Below are positions 53,847 through 61,716 of a stretch of 64,000 nucleotides of DNA, piece after piece; within the stretch, counting starts at the first letter, position 1; the number at the start of each line of letters is the position of its first letter. Location of the stretch: the sequence record MK524176.1; one strand, 5' to 3'. The translations under genes and the position numbers were made by a program. The notes under the pieces are model-generated. The model searched no databases. It saw only the letters and a program-made list of their open reading frames with translations, and was not told the DNA's origin. Source of the DNA: Escherichia phage PHB11.

Positions 53847-54194
53847 ATGACATTTAAAGAGTTCTGCCAAGCTACTTTCATAATTGTTTTCTTAGTTGGA
53901 GCAGGTGTCTGGGGAGGATACTCTTACAGAGACTACCAAGTTGCTGAAGCTGAGCTAAATAATGAGAAACTAATAAGTGTTGCTAAAGATGCTTATCAGG
54001 AAGGTTTAGCCACACTCAGCACCAATTACAAAAATGATTTGAAAGACGTGCTTGCTAAGAATAAGCACACAAAAGAGGTACTAACATATGAAAAGACTAA
54101 GCCAGAGTTTTATAATGTTTGTGTTACTGATAATTATGTCAGGGTGTTCAACGAACAAAGTGAACAGTACATTCAAAAACTCCCAAGTAAGTGA
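53847..54194 (+). CDS. Inner-membrane spanin (Rz-like) candidate
   Basis: N-terminal TM helix FIIVFLVGAGVWGGYSY followed by periplasmic coiled-coil; overlaps an out-of-frame lipoprotein ORF. Confidence 0.45.
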   Translation: MTFKEFCQATFIIVFLVGAGVWGGYSYRDYQVAEAELNNEKLISVAKDAYQEGLATLSTNYKNDLKDVLAKNKHTKEVLTYEKTKPEFYNVCVTDNYVRVFNEQSEQYIQKLPSK

Positions 54195-54357
54195 GGGTGA
54201 CAAGTACACTCAAGAAGAGTCAAGATTCACTGTCAAAGGTAATACTGGTAGTGATGTGGCAGCAGCCCTTGAGTTTTATCGTGATGGTTTTTACCAGTGC
54301 ACAATCAAAGCTAATAACCTTATTGACATGATTTTATTAGGGAACAAACAGCAATGA
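54088..54357 (+). CDS. Outer-membrane spanin (Rz1-like lipoprotein) candidate, overlapping the i-spanin gene
   Basis: Signal peptide with lipobox-like IIMSGC; start embedded in the 3' part of 53847..54194 in another frame. Confidence 0.45.
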   Translation: MKRLSQSFIMFVLLIIMSGCSTNKVNSTFKNSQVSEGDKYTQEESRFTVKGNTGSDVAAALEFYRDGFYQCTIKANNLIDMILLGNKQQ

Positions 54358-54623
54358 CAGAGAATGAAGACACTTTCTATGTAGAAGGGTACTTACTGCT
54401 ACCACGACCAAAAGAAACTTATATGCGGGTTGATTTCTCACCAACCATTATGGACAACGTGATGTGTCATATCTTTATGCAAGGTGTCACAGCACAGCTT
54501 AAGCATGTTGGTAAAGAGTGTAAAATAAAGGTTGACACTCATCCAGAAATCAAAGAGAATCACTACACATGGTTCTTACCAGACTCTAAAGAAATCTTAG
54601 CAGTTCTTAAAACGAGGAAGTGA
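54354..54623 (+). CDS. Hypothetical protein
   Basis: 89 aa ORF. Confidence 0.35.
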   Translation: MTENEDTFYVEGYLLLPRPKETYMRVDFSPTIMDNVMCHIFMQGVTAQLKHVGKECKIKVDTHPEIKENHYTWFLPDSKEILAVLKTRK

Positions 54624-54952
54624 CTATGCAGATTAACGGAAGAGATTTTGTAGCCGTTTACTACGAGAAAGATAAAGAAGTTGGCGTAGCACAAGTATCT
54701 TATGGCAATGGTAAGTGGTTGTATGGGACAATCGCAGTAGTTGGAACAAGAAGTGATACAAAAACTTTTAAAGATTGTGTTGACCTTCTTGAAGAATCCA
54801 TCCACAATCATTGGTGTCTGATATGGATGACTGACAACGAAGTGATAGAACGCTTCAAAAAGATTGGTATCAACATTGATAGTATTGAGCATGTTGATTT
54901 ATACGAACTAACTGAGAAGGTAAACTATGAGAGTAATACTAGCCAGAGATAA
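54620..54952 (+). CDS. Hypothetical protein
   Basis: 110 aa ORF. Confidence 0.35.
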   Translation: MTMQINGRDFVAVYYEKDKEVGVAQVSYGNGKWLYGTIAVVGTRSDTKTFKDCVDLLEESIHNHWCLIWMTDNEVIERFKKIGINIDSIEHVDLYELTEKVNYESNTSQR

Positions 54953-55160
54953 AAAGACCCGTAAGATTGTACGTTCAGCAGTATTCATAGGGAGAGATGA
55001 AGTCGTCCCGTTTGCAGGGGAAGATGTGCTAACTTATAAGAAGGGTTTAAAACGTAAATTCAGTGACCGTTTACGTGGCTTCATCTCTGAACCATTAGAA
55101 GATTTCAAAAGTCGCTGTGGCGAAGGCATCATCATTCAAGAGGCAATTATTCATGGCTGA
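54927..55160 (+). CDS. Hypothetical protein
   Basis: 77 aa ORF. Confidence 0.3.
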   Translation: MRVILARDKKTRKIVRSAVFIGRDEVVPFAGEDVLTYKKGLKRKFSDRLRGFISEPLEDFKSRCGEGIIIQEAIIHG

Positions 55161-55353
55161 TTTCTGCAAAGATTGTGCTATCGAAATGTTTGGACGTGAT
55201 ACAGGTGACTTAAAAGGTCTTATCACTGAAGATGACTTTAAAGCTGGTTATGCAATGCCAGTAATCTGTGAAGGTTGTGGATGTATCTGGGTAGACCACG
55301 AAGGACAGCGTGTAAAACCTTCAGAAGATAAAGAATCTTGGGAGAGATGTTAA
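55153..55353 (+). CDS. Small zinc-ribbon protein
   Basis: MADFCKDC...ICEGCGC; start at internal ATG with AAGAGG upstream (track start 55117). Confidence 0.3.
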   Translation: MADFCKDCAIEMFGRDTGDLKGLITEDDFKAGYAMPVICEGCGCIWVDHEGQRVKPSEDKESWERC

Positions 55354-56139
55354 ATGGGTATTGTAAAAATTATCAAAGGCAACATCTTTGACGCATTTGA
55401 TAAAGGTAAGTTTGATATCATTGGTCATGGTTGCAACTGTATGAATTTCATGGGTGCAGGTATTGCAGCAACTATTTCTAAGCGTTATCCAAAAGTATAT
55501 GATACTGATACAGAAGTTTACCTGTTTGCAGGTGGTATTCGTCACAAACCATGTGAAAATCTGCTAGGTAATTTCTCTGTAACACGTTTAAAACAAGGCC
55601 GTATAGCCAATCTTTACACCCAGCTTCATACCGGTAAAGATGCCCGATATAGTGCTTTAGAGTCATCTTTGAAACAGCTTAACAGATACTGTGAAGTTAA
55701 TCAGTTGAAGAAAGTTGGGTTACCTATGATTGGTGCAGGTATCGGTGGACTAGACCCTCAAGCCGTCACAGTTATCATTAATCAGGTGATGAAGAGTGTA
55801 GATGTTTACCTGTATGTCTATGAGACAGAGATGTACAACGAGTTACACTCAGGTTGGAAGAACTACTGTGAACCAGAATACTTTGCAGGTGTAGTAGTGT
55901 TCACTGATGATGCAGTTACCCTCTTCAGACGAAGAAAAGGCAAGATACATCAAAGTAACCCTCCGGTTGAAAAGATGTCTCTAAGTAACGCTCTAGTTAC
56001 CCACCTGTCGAAGAGCAATCACAGAATTGCAGTAACATTTGGCAGTGATGCAGATACATATATCTATGCAAGAACTGATGAGGATATCGAGACGGTCTTC
56101 TCTTCACCGGAAGTAACCTTCTTAGACGCAAAGAACTAA
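55354..56139 (+). CDS. Macro-domain protein (ADP-ribose binding/processing) with C-terminal extension
   Basis: Macro-like blocks IIKGNIFDA, DIIGHGCNCMNFMGAGIAATI and VGLPMIGAGIGGLDP. Confidence 0.55.
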   Translation: MGIVKIIKGNIFDAFDKGKFDIIGHGCNCMNFMGAGIAATISKRYPKVYDTDTEVYLFAGGIRHKPCENLLGNFSVTRLKQGRIANLYTQLHTGKDARYSALESSLKQLNRYCEVNQLKKVGLPMIGAGIGGLDPQAVTVIINQVMKSVDVYLYVYETEMYNELHSGWKNYCEPEYFAGVVVFTDDAVTLFRRRKGKIHQSNPPVEKMSLSNALVTHLSKSNHRIAVTFGSDADTYIYARTDEDIETVFSSPEVTFLDAKN

Positions 56140-56207
56140 GAAACTCTGTAGAATATTCACAATAGGTTAAGCCTTTCTTATCTGGTAAATTTTTCAGGTA
56201 AGGAGGG

Positions 56208-56406
56208 CTTTTTCATTTCAGGATTGTGCAGGTAGAGTTCTGGACAGAAATCTGTAGAGAAAATTTTGAACTCCAAAGAGAAAATTCATTTTCAAACTGT
56301 GCAGGTAATCTCCAAAGAGCTTTTTCATTTTCAAAACGTGCAGACCCCGCTCAGGTCGGGCAAGAAAAATCATTTTAGAATTGTGCAGGTAGGTGGGTGC
56401 AGGTGG
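56208..56406. repeat. Iteron-like direct repeat array in non-coding DNA
   Basis: Four to five copies of TTCATTT(T)CA-N4-5-TGTGCAGGTA (TGTGCAGGTA at 56225, 56298, 56382; degenerate CGTGCAGAC at 56337; GTGCAGGTG at 56397); adjacent 38-39 bp tandem pair starting CTCCAAAGAG at 56271 and 56310. Confidence 0.6.
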
Positions 56407-56568
56407 GGATGTCGCCATTTCTCACAAGGCTACCACATCTGAAAAGAAAAGTCAACAGAAAAATTTGTAGCGGATTGAAAAATAATTCTTGATTGTAGTT
56501 CTGTTTTGTGGTAGTCGCGTGCGCCCGTTTCATTACAGTTTTTGCAAAAAATATTTTTAAAATTCCTA

Positions 56569-56597
56569 TTGACTCTTTGAATATGGTTATCTAATAT
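56569..56597 (+). promoter_or_regulatory. Sigma70-like promoter for the first early gene
   Basis: TTGACT, 17 bp spacer, TAATAT, about 50 nt upstream of ATG 56648. Confidence 0.45.
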
Positions 56598-56647
56598 TTG
56601 CATCAGACGGGCAATCAAGCCCACTTCCTAAACTGGAGAATCAAAAA

Positions 56648-56854
56648 ATGCTTTACAGTCGTGAATTGATGGTTACAACTAACGTTAACACAAAGGTAAA
56701 ACGTTTTTATATGCAAGTGTGCGGCGCATGGCGTAGAATATCAGAAGCTGACTATTGCAACTATGTAGAAACGGCTATTAATTCTAATTGCTACCTTACA
56801 ATAAACACTAAGAAGTTTACAAGACAGACAGCAATTTACTACTACGATAAATAA
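56648..56854 (+). CDS. Small early-region protein, unknown
   Basis: 68 aa; TIR CCTAAACTGGAGAATCAAAAAATG. Confidence 0.4.
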   Translation: MLYSRELMVTTNVNTKVKRFYMQVCGAWRRISEADYCNYVETAINSNCYLTINTKKFTRQTAIYYYDK

Positions 56855-56945
56855 AAAAGTACTTTACAGGGGGCTTAAAAGCTGATATCTTAAGCCCCAG
56901 ATAAAGAGCTTTACTAAACTAACCCTTAAACTAGGAGATTCAAAA
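56855..56945 (+). promoter_or_regulatory. Early cassette, class A
   Basis: AAGTACTTTACA, hairpin GGGGCTTAA-N11-TTAAGCCCC (TTTACA-17-TATCTT overlaps it), AGATAAAGAGCTTTAC, TIR ...CTAGGAGATTCAAAAATG. Confidence 0.45.
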
Positions 56946-57326
56946 ATGGCTTATCGTGCACCTAAATTCATCAACAAAGACAACTTTCGCAACGCACTGG
57001 AGAAGTCACTTGATGAAAATTTTAAAGGTAATATTATCGTTGTTCACGCATTCAATTTTAAGTATGATGTAAACGGGAATAGAATCAACCATTACACAGC
57101 AACCATGTTAGATGGTACGCTATCAAGTGAAAAAGCTGTACTGAATGCACTTGCAGGACGTGGTAAAAACCTGATAAGATGCGATAAGAGACGTTATCAG
57201 GGTGGCGCATATGGTTATGATGATGCTGTTTATCATCTTGAAAATATGGGCTATTCAGTGGAAAAAGCTGGAGTGTCTCAAATAATCGGCAGTGACGGCT
57301 ATGTGACAATTTTCAAAATTAACTAA
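56946..57326 (+). CDS. Small early-region protein, unknown
   Basis: 126 aa ORF preceded by a class A cassette. Confidence 0.45.
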   Translation: MAYRAPKFINKDNFRNALEKSLDENFKGNIIVVHAFNFKYDVNGNRINHYTATMLDGTLSSEKAVLNALAGRGKNLIRCDKRRYQGGAYGYDDAVYHLENMGYSVEKAGVSQIIGSDGYVTIFKIN

Positions 57327-57414
57327 TAAAGTACTTTACAGGGGGCTTATAGTTCGATAAAGTAAGCCCCAGATAAAGAGCTTTACCACTAAATCCTAAA
57401 TTGGAGATTCAAAA
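57327..57414 (+). promoter_or_regulatory. Early cassette, class A
   Basis: TAAAGTACTTTA palindrome overlapping the upstream stop, GGGGCTTA...TAAGCCCC hairpin, conserved TIR. Confidence 0.45.
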
Positions 57415-57705
57415 ATGGCTATTATTAAAAACGTTGTAATTCCTGCAAAAACTCGTGATGACGCTCGCATCATGGCGAAAAAGTTAGGCGGGAAAGTGGT
57501 TGACAACGGAAAACAAACTGCTGTAAGGTGGAACGTGAAGGCGGATAAACAAATGAATTTAAAAAATTCACCAATAAACCTTTTTACATGTGTAAACACT
57601 ATCGGGAAAACGAATGTATACACTAAAAAGGCATATATCAGACGCATCGCCATGACGTCACCTATTCGCACAATGAGAAGTCATGCAAAGCTGAAAATTA
57701 AGTAA
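57415..57705 (+). CDS. Small early-region protein, unknown (basic)
   Basis: 96 aa ORF preceded by a class A cassette. Confidence 0.45.
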   Translation: MAIIKNVVIPAKTRDDARIMAKKLGGKVVDNGKQTAVRWNVKADKQMNLKNSPINLFTCVNTIGKTNVYTKKAYIRRIAMTSPIRTMRSHAKLKIK

Positions 57706-57795
57706 TAGAGTACTTTACAGGGGGCTTAAAAGCTGATATCTTAAGCCCCAGATAAAGAGCTTTACCACTCAATCCTTAAACTAGGAGATTCAAAA
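57706..57795 (+). promoter_or_regulatory. Early cassette, class A
   Basis: GAGTACTTTACA, GGGGCTTAA...TTAAGCCCC hairpin, conserved TIR. Confidence 0.45.
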
Positions 57796-58308
57796 ATGAA
57801 AACTGTAGACGCTACCTTTGAAGTTGTAAAAGAAAAATTTTCCATCATTTACGAAGCTGTCAATTGCTACGAAGCAAGCCATAATCTTGATAATTGGAAG
57901 TTTACAGATGACCATCAAGGCGGTGTGACTATTAAAAACCCCAACTGTCAGCGTAATGGATTTAAATATGCAATTCCTTTACATTACAGCCTTAAACAGC
58001 TTTCAATTGACTATGCAAAACAAGGCCGGGAAAATCCATCGAAAGAGGCTTACATCAGCTTACAGAAAGAACTAGAAAGAGATTTAGAGGCTTCAGAATA
58101 TAACATCGCCGCGAAAGTTGTAGATGCAAACGGTAGCACGGTTTTAGAGAGTTTTTATATTGGTTATGCTTTCGATTGGTGCTACAGTGACGGCGATGAT
58201 TTAGATGACAGACTAAAAGAGGAAGTGAACAACGCAGACGCAGAATCTGAAGTATTAGAACGCTTGGAAGCATTAAAAGATTCAGTGATGAATATCTTTA
58301 AGAACTAA
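57796..58308 (+). CDS. Small early-region protein, unknown (acidic C-terminus)
   Basis: 170 aa ORF preceded by a class A cassette. Confidence 0.45.
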   Translation: MKTVDATFEVVKEKFSIIYEAVNCYEASHNLDNWKFTDDHQGGVTIKNPNCQRNGFKYAIPLHYSLKQLSIDYAKQGRENPSKEAYISLQKELERDLEASEYNIAAKVVDANGSTVLESFYIGYAFDWCYSDGDDLDDRLKEEVNNADAESEVLERLEALKDSVMNIFKN

Positions 58309-58399
58309 ATAGATTTCTTTACACGGGGCTAACAAGCGGATATGATAGCCCCAGATAAAGAGATTTATCAAATTAACCCTTAAACTAGGAGATTCAAAA
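58309..58399 (+). promoter_or_regulatory. Early cassette, class A variant
   Basis: TTTACA, 17 bp spacer, TATGAT with compensating hairpin GGGGCTA...TAGCCCC; conserved TIR. Confidence 0.45.
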
Positions 58400-58696
58400 A
58401 TGAAATTATCAAATAAAGTTAGGGAAAACCTTAGCAAATTACTCAACAAAATTGATTTTATAGAGACATCAAGGAATAGTCATGATGTTATGGAATGGTT
58501 ACACGGCAAAATAAAAGGCCGTCGTGTAGTGATTTGCTTATGGAATAGTTGCAGGGAGTATAAAAAGCCTGTATTGCAAATTAATGTTTATGATGATACT
58601 TTTAAAAGTCCTGTAAAGTCTAAAAGCGATTTATTAGAATCCTATGAGATAACTGTAAATGGCAAAGTATCACGTAAAGAGGAAACACCATGTTAA
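58400..58696 (+). CDS. Small early-region protein, unknown
   Basis: 98 aa ORF preceded by a class A cassette. Confidence 0.45.
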   Translation: MKLSNKVRENLSKLLNKIDFIETSRNSHDVMEWLHGKIKGRRVVICLWNSCREYKKPVLQINVYDDTFKSPVKSKSDLLESYEITVNGKVSRKEETPC

Positions 58697-59022
58697 TGAC
58701 TGGTATCACTGCAATCATTGCCATTTTCGCGCTATATAAGGCATATAAAGCCTATAATCTAGCAAATAAGGCAATCACACAGCAAGTTAGCAATAACCTT
58801 GTAGAGAGCTTTCTAGGGCGTTTAAGTGATGAGCAAATAAAGCGGCTAGAGATGAGCTTCAGATATAAAGCGAAAACCTATCAGATAAGTGACATCTTCA
58901 AAGATGATTTCCAGTTAGTTGATGATTATAATTCTCTGATAAATGCTTTAAACATCAGTGACTTGAAAGACTATCACGCTGTAATTGTTCAAGAATTGAG
59001 CAAACGAAAACAAAGTGTTTGA
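58690..59022 (+). CDS. Small early-region protein, unknown
   Basis: 110 aa ORF overlapping the upstream stop; N-terminal hydrophobic helix. Confidence 0.4.
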   Translation: MLMTGITAIIAIFALYKAYKAYNLANKAITQQVSNNLVESFLGRLSDEQIKRLEMSFRYKAKTYQISDIFKDDFQLVDDYNSLINALNISDLKDYHAVIVQELSKRKQSV

Positions 59023-59113
59023 CACTGATTTTTAGATAGGTTAAATTACACATCAACGGGGAGGGGATGACCTTCCCCACTAAATAAAGTCCTTAAACTA
59101 GGAGATTCTAAAA
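59019..59113 (+). promoter_or_regulatory. Early cassette, class B (promoter, 5' UTR hairpin, TIR)
   Basis: TTGACA, 17 bp spacer, TAAATT, ATCAACGGGGAGGGGATGACCTTCCCC hairpin, ACTAAATAAAGTCCTTAAACTAGGAGATTCTAAAAATG. Confidence 0.5.
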
Positions 59114-59272
59114 ATGTTTTGTGCAGGTGATAAAGTTGTCTGGAATGATATAGATGACGGTTTATGTACGAAAGTTGTTGTTATCTTAGAAATTGATTAT
59201 ATCACTGGTGTTGCAACTGTAGCAGATAATGATATAATCTTTGATGTCTTAATTAGTGAACTGTCAAAATAA
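59114..59272 (+). CDS. Small early-region protein (not in ORF track, 52 aa)
   Basis: ATG right after a class B cassette; translation MFCAGDKVVWNDIDDGLCTKVVVILEIDYITGVATVADNDIIFDVLISELSK. Confidence 0.4.
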   Translation: MFCAGDKVVWNDIDDGLCTKVVVILEIDYITGVATVADNDIIFDVLISELSK

Positions 59273-59297
59273 AGTCCTTAAACTAGGAGATTCAAAA
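59273..59297 (+). promoter_or_regulatory. TIR-only module (no own promoter), operonic with 59114..59272
   Basis: AAAGTCCTTAAACTAGGAGATTCAAAAATG immediately after the upstream stop. Confidence 0.45.
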
Positions 59298-59570
59298 ATG
59301 TACACTACTAACAACGGTCGCACCTTAAATGCAACCCTACGCCACTATGTGAACGGTGTAATGCACTTCGAGGATTTACAAGCTGAACAGCACATTTTGG
59401 ATTGGCAACTTGCAGGATTCCAAAAAACTGCTACCGGATACGGGAAAAAGATTCCAACTAGCTGGAAAGTATACTACGAAGGCCGTTTGCGTAGAATTTA
59501 TCAAGATGTATGCGGCAATAGCGCATCAAGTTACATCATAGTAAAAGGCAAAAAGCTGCATTTAGCATAA
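59298..59570 (+). CDS. Small early-region protein, unknown
   Basis: Start set at MYTTNNG (59298); the track start 59256 reads through the conserved TIR. Confidence 0.45.
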   Translation: MYTTNNGRTLNATLRHYVNGVMHFEDLQAEQHILDWQLAGFQKTATGYGKKIPTSWKVYYEGRLRRIYQDVCGNSASSYIIVKGKKLHLA

Positions 59571-59655
59571 AGTACTTTACAAGGGGCTTATAAGTCTGTA
59601 CAGTAAGCCCCAGATAAAGAGCTTTACCACTAAATCCTAAATTGGAGATTCAAAA
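59571..59655 (+). promoter_or_regulatory. Early cassette, class A
   Basis: TAAAGTACTTTA palindrome, GGGGCTTA...TAAGCCCC hairpin, conserved TIR. Confidence 0.45.
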
Positions 59656-60060
59656 ATGGCTATTAATAATCGTGAGTTATCTATCTTAAAAGCACGTTTG
59701 ACCGTTAACCGGATTAATGTTATCACATCAGCAGCACCGGATGAAACACTGCAAAACATTATTGGGAAGATTCAAAGTGTTATCTTAGACGTTGAAAGCG
59801 TAAAAAACTCATTGGCTGACGTTGCAGCCGGTATCACGCTAGACGGTGCACAACATGAGATGGCCGACATGTTAGGCAAATCAAAGGTAATGAATAAAGA
59901 ATTAGACTTGAAAATGTTTCGATTTGCTGTTAAAGTGTGGCTATCCGTCGAGTATGACGCTAATTTTGCAATCGCTGATTTCTTTGCCACTTGGTTACAA
60001 CGTAACTTAACAAATCATGATTTCCGTGATGTCTGTGATGCAATCTACGCAGAACTTTAA
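59656..60060 (+). CDS. Small early-region protein, unknown
   Basis: 134 aa ORF preceded by a class A cassette. Confidence 0.45.
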   Translation: MAINNRELSILKARLTVNRINVITSAAPDETLQNIIGKIQSVILDVESVKNSLADVAAGITLDGAQHEMADMLGKSKVMNKELDLKMFRFAVKVWLSVEYDANFAIADFFATWLQRNLTNHDFRDVCDAIYAEL

Positions 60061-60160
60061 AAAGATGTTGACACTGATTTTTAGATAGATTAAATTACTC
60101 ATCAACGGGGAGGCAATAACCTCCCTACTAAATAAAGTCCTTAAACTAGGAGATTCTAAA
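60061..60160 (+). promoter_or_regulatory. Early cassette, class B
   Basis: TTGACA (60068-60073), 17 bp spacer, TAAATT, ATCAACGGGGAGG...CCTCCC hairpin, conserved TIR. Confidence 0.5.
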
Positions 60161-60358
60161 ATGGCTATTATTAACGGCTTAACCATTGAAACAACACACA
60201 TCAAAGATATCAAAGTTGGTGATGTAGTCCTTTCCCACGGCGTAGAAAAAACTGTCACTGCAAAGGATATCAAAGAGGATTCTTTCATGGGTAGAACTCT
60301 CTTCGGTGATTCTTATTGCTTAGGTTATCTTGCAGTTTTAAAAGTTGTCAAAAATTAA
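60161..60358 (+). CDS. Small early-region protein, unknown
   Basis: 65 aa ORF preceded by a class B cassette. Confidence 0.4.
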   Translation: MAIINGLTIETTHIKDIKVGDVVLSHGVEKTVTAKDIKEDSFMGRTLFGDSYCLGYLAVLKVVKN

Positions 60359-60450
60359 GTAATAAAGTACTTTACAAGGGGCTTAAAAAGTTGGTATCTT
60401 AAGCCCCAGATAAAGAGCTTTACACAGTCCTTAAACTAGGAGATTAAAAA
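60359..60450 (+). promoter_or_regulatory. Early cassette, class A
   Basis: TAAAGTACTTTACA, GGGGCTTAA...TTAAGCCCC hairpin, TIR variant CTAGGAGATTAAAAAATG. Confidence 0.45.
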
Positions 60451-60699
60451 ATGATGAATTATTTAAACATTCCCGACACTTGCAAACTGTTAACGCAACC
60501 AGAAAATTTAGGTAAGGCTTACCTATACCATATGCCAAATAATACGGCAAAAACTTATAGTTACACTGTTAACCGATTCACGGCATACGCTGCAAAAAAC
60601 GGTTACAAGGTTGTTACTCAAAAAGTAACACTGTTTACAACTGTTGAGGAACTCCCCACGGTTGCAGTTAAACTGATTTTTTCAAAGAAAACTAAATAG
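60451..60699 (+). CDS. Small early-region protein, unknown
   Basis: 82 aa ORF preceded by a class A cassette. Confidence 0.45.
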   Translation: MMNYLNIPDTCKLLTQPENLGKAYLYHMPNNTAKTYSYTVNRFTAYAAKNGYKVVTQKVTLFTTVEELPTVAVKLIFSKKTK

Positions 60700-60784
60700 A
60701 TTTCTTTACACGGGGTTATCAAGCTGATAAGATAGCCCCAGATAAAGAAATTTATCAAATAAATCCTAAACTGGAGATTCAAAA
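60700..60784 (+). promoter_or_regulatory. Early cassette, class A variant
   Basis: TTTACA, 17 bp spacer, TAAGAT with hairpin GGGGTTATC...GATAGCCCC; conserved TIR. Confidence 0.45.
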
Positions 60785-61327
60785 ATGAAATGTTTTCACG
60801 GTACTACTCAAGAAAACTTTATCAACCTGATTAATAACGGTGATAAACCATCAGGCGCATGGAATTGTTCTGATATGGATGGGAATTTTTACGTTTACCC
60901 AGAGAATAAAATCTATGGCGACGATGAGGAAGAAATAATCTTTGAAGGTATCCAGCAAGCTCTGGGCAATGCCACTATCACCGCAGCTTTTCAGATGAAA
61001 ACTCAAAACATTGTTATCTTGGAACTTGAGATTCCAGAAGATGAGCTAAACGATGATTATTCTTGTGATAATATGTCGAGCGTGGCAAGTTTTACAGAAT
61101 ATTTCGATTTAAATTGGATTAAAAAGGTTTACATCACTGAATTTAATGCTATGTATTCGCCTTTTTGTCTTCCTTCACTGGATAACCCAAATATGAATTA
61201 TCTTGATGAGACATTAGAACTACTTGCTAAAAGTGTTCAACAATCGGACAGTATTCAGGTTTTTTGTGACATCATGGACACACTAACGGAAAACATCGCA
61301 GAAGAGGATTTAAAGAGCTTTTTCTAA
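60785..61327 (+). CDS. Small early-region protein, unknown (acidic)
   Basis: 180 aa ORF preceded by a class A cassette. Confidence 0.45.
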   Translation: MKCFHGTTQENFINLINNGDKPSGAWNCSDMDGNFYVYPENKIYGDDEEEIIFEGIQQALGNATITAAFQMKTQNIVILELEIPEDELNDDYSCDNMSSVASFTEYFDLNWIKKVYITEFNAMYSPFCLPSLDNPNMNYLDETLELLAKSVQQSDSIQVFCDIMDTLTENIAEEDLKSFF

Positions 61328-61359
61328 AAACCTATGCAATCACATTATAAACACTATTC

Positions 61360-61380
61360 AGCCCCTTGTAGGGGCTTTTA
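61360..61380 (+). terminator. Intrinsic terminator inside the early array
   Basis: GCCCC-TTGTA-GGGGC hairpin followed by TTTT. Confidence 0.55.
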
Positions 61381-61393
61381 AGAGGCTTAAATC

Positions 61394-61627
61394 ATGCTTA
61401 CAACCGTTTATCTTATCCTTTCTATATGTAATGGTCATTCATGCGATTTTAAAGGGCTTGAAGAGTTTACAGGAAGTAAAGAAAATGCTATTCAAGTTTG
61501 CCAGATAGCGAGACAAGACTATCCCGCAAGTGATGATATTCAGTGTTACTTTAAGACAGAAGATGAAGACGGTATCTATTTTGACAGTGTAGATGGTCAA
61601 TATGAAATTATCATTGAAAAAGACTAG
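61394..61627 (+). CDS. Small early-region protein, unknown
   Basis: 77 aa ORF with AGAGG SD; lacks the conserved cassette. Confidence 0.4.
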   Translation: MLTTVYLILSICNGHSCDFKGLEEFTGSKENAIQVCQIARQDYPASDDIQCYFKTEDEDGIYFDSVDGQYEIIIEKD

Positions 61628-61716
61628 ACAAGCCTGATAAAAGTCTGTAAATTGTCAATCAACGGGAGGGATGACCTTCCCCACTAAATAAAGTCCTTAA
61701 ACTAGGAGATTCAAAA
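61625..61716 (+). promoter_or_regulatory. Early cassette, class B
   Basis: TAGACA, 17 bp spacer, TAAATT, ATCAACGGGAGGGATGACCTTCCCC hairpin, conserved TIR. Confidence 0.45.

Noticed and set aside
56208-56406. Possible CRISPR array (direct repeats)
   Set aside because: Repeats are short and degenerate with irregular 40-75 bp spacing, there are no cas genes, and no 28-37 bp regular repeat/spacer structure; the same holds for the 22 bp tandem repeat at 63561-63617
56218-56624. Two - strand ORFs (56218..56418 and 56430..56624) in the gap before the early array
   Set aside because: Antisense to the direction of all surrounding genes, no SD sequences, and they overlap the iteron-like repeats and the promoter for gene 56648; treated as non-coding
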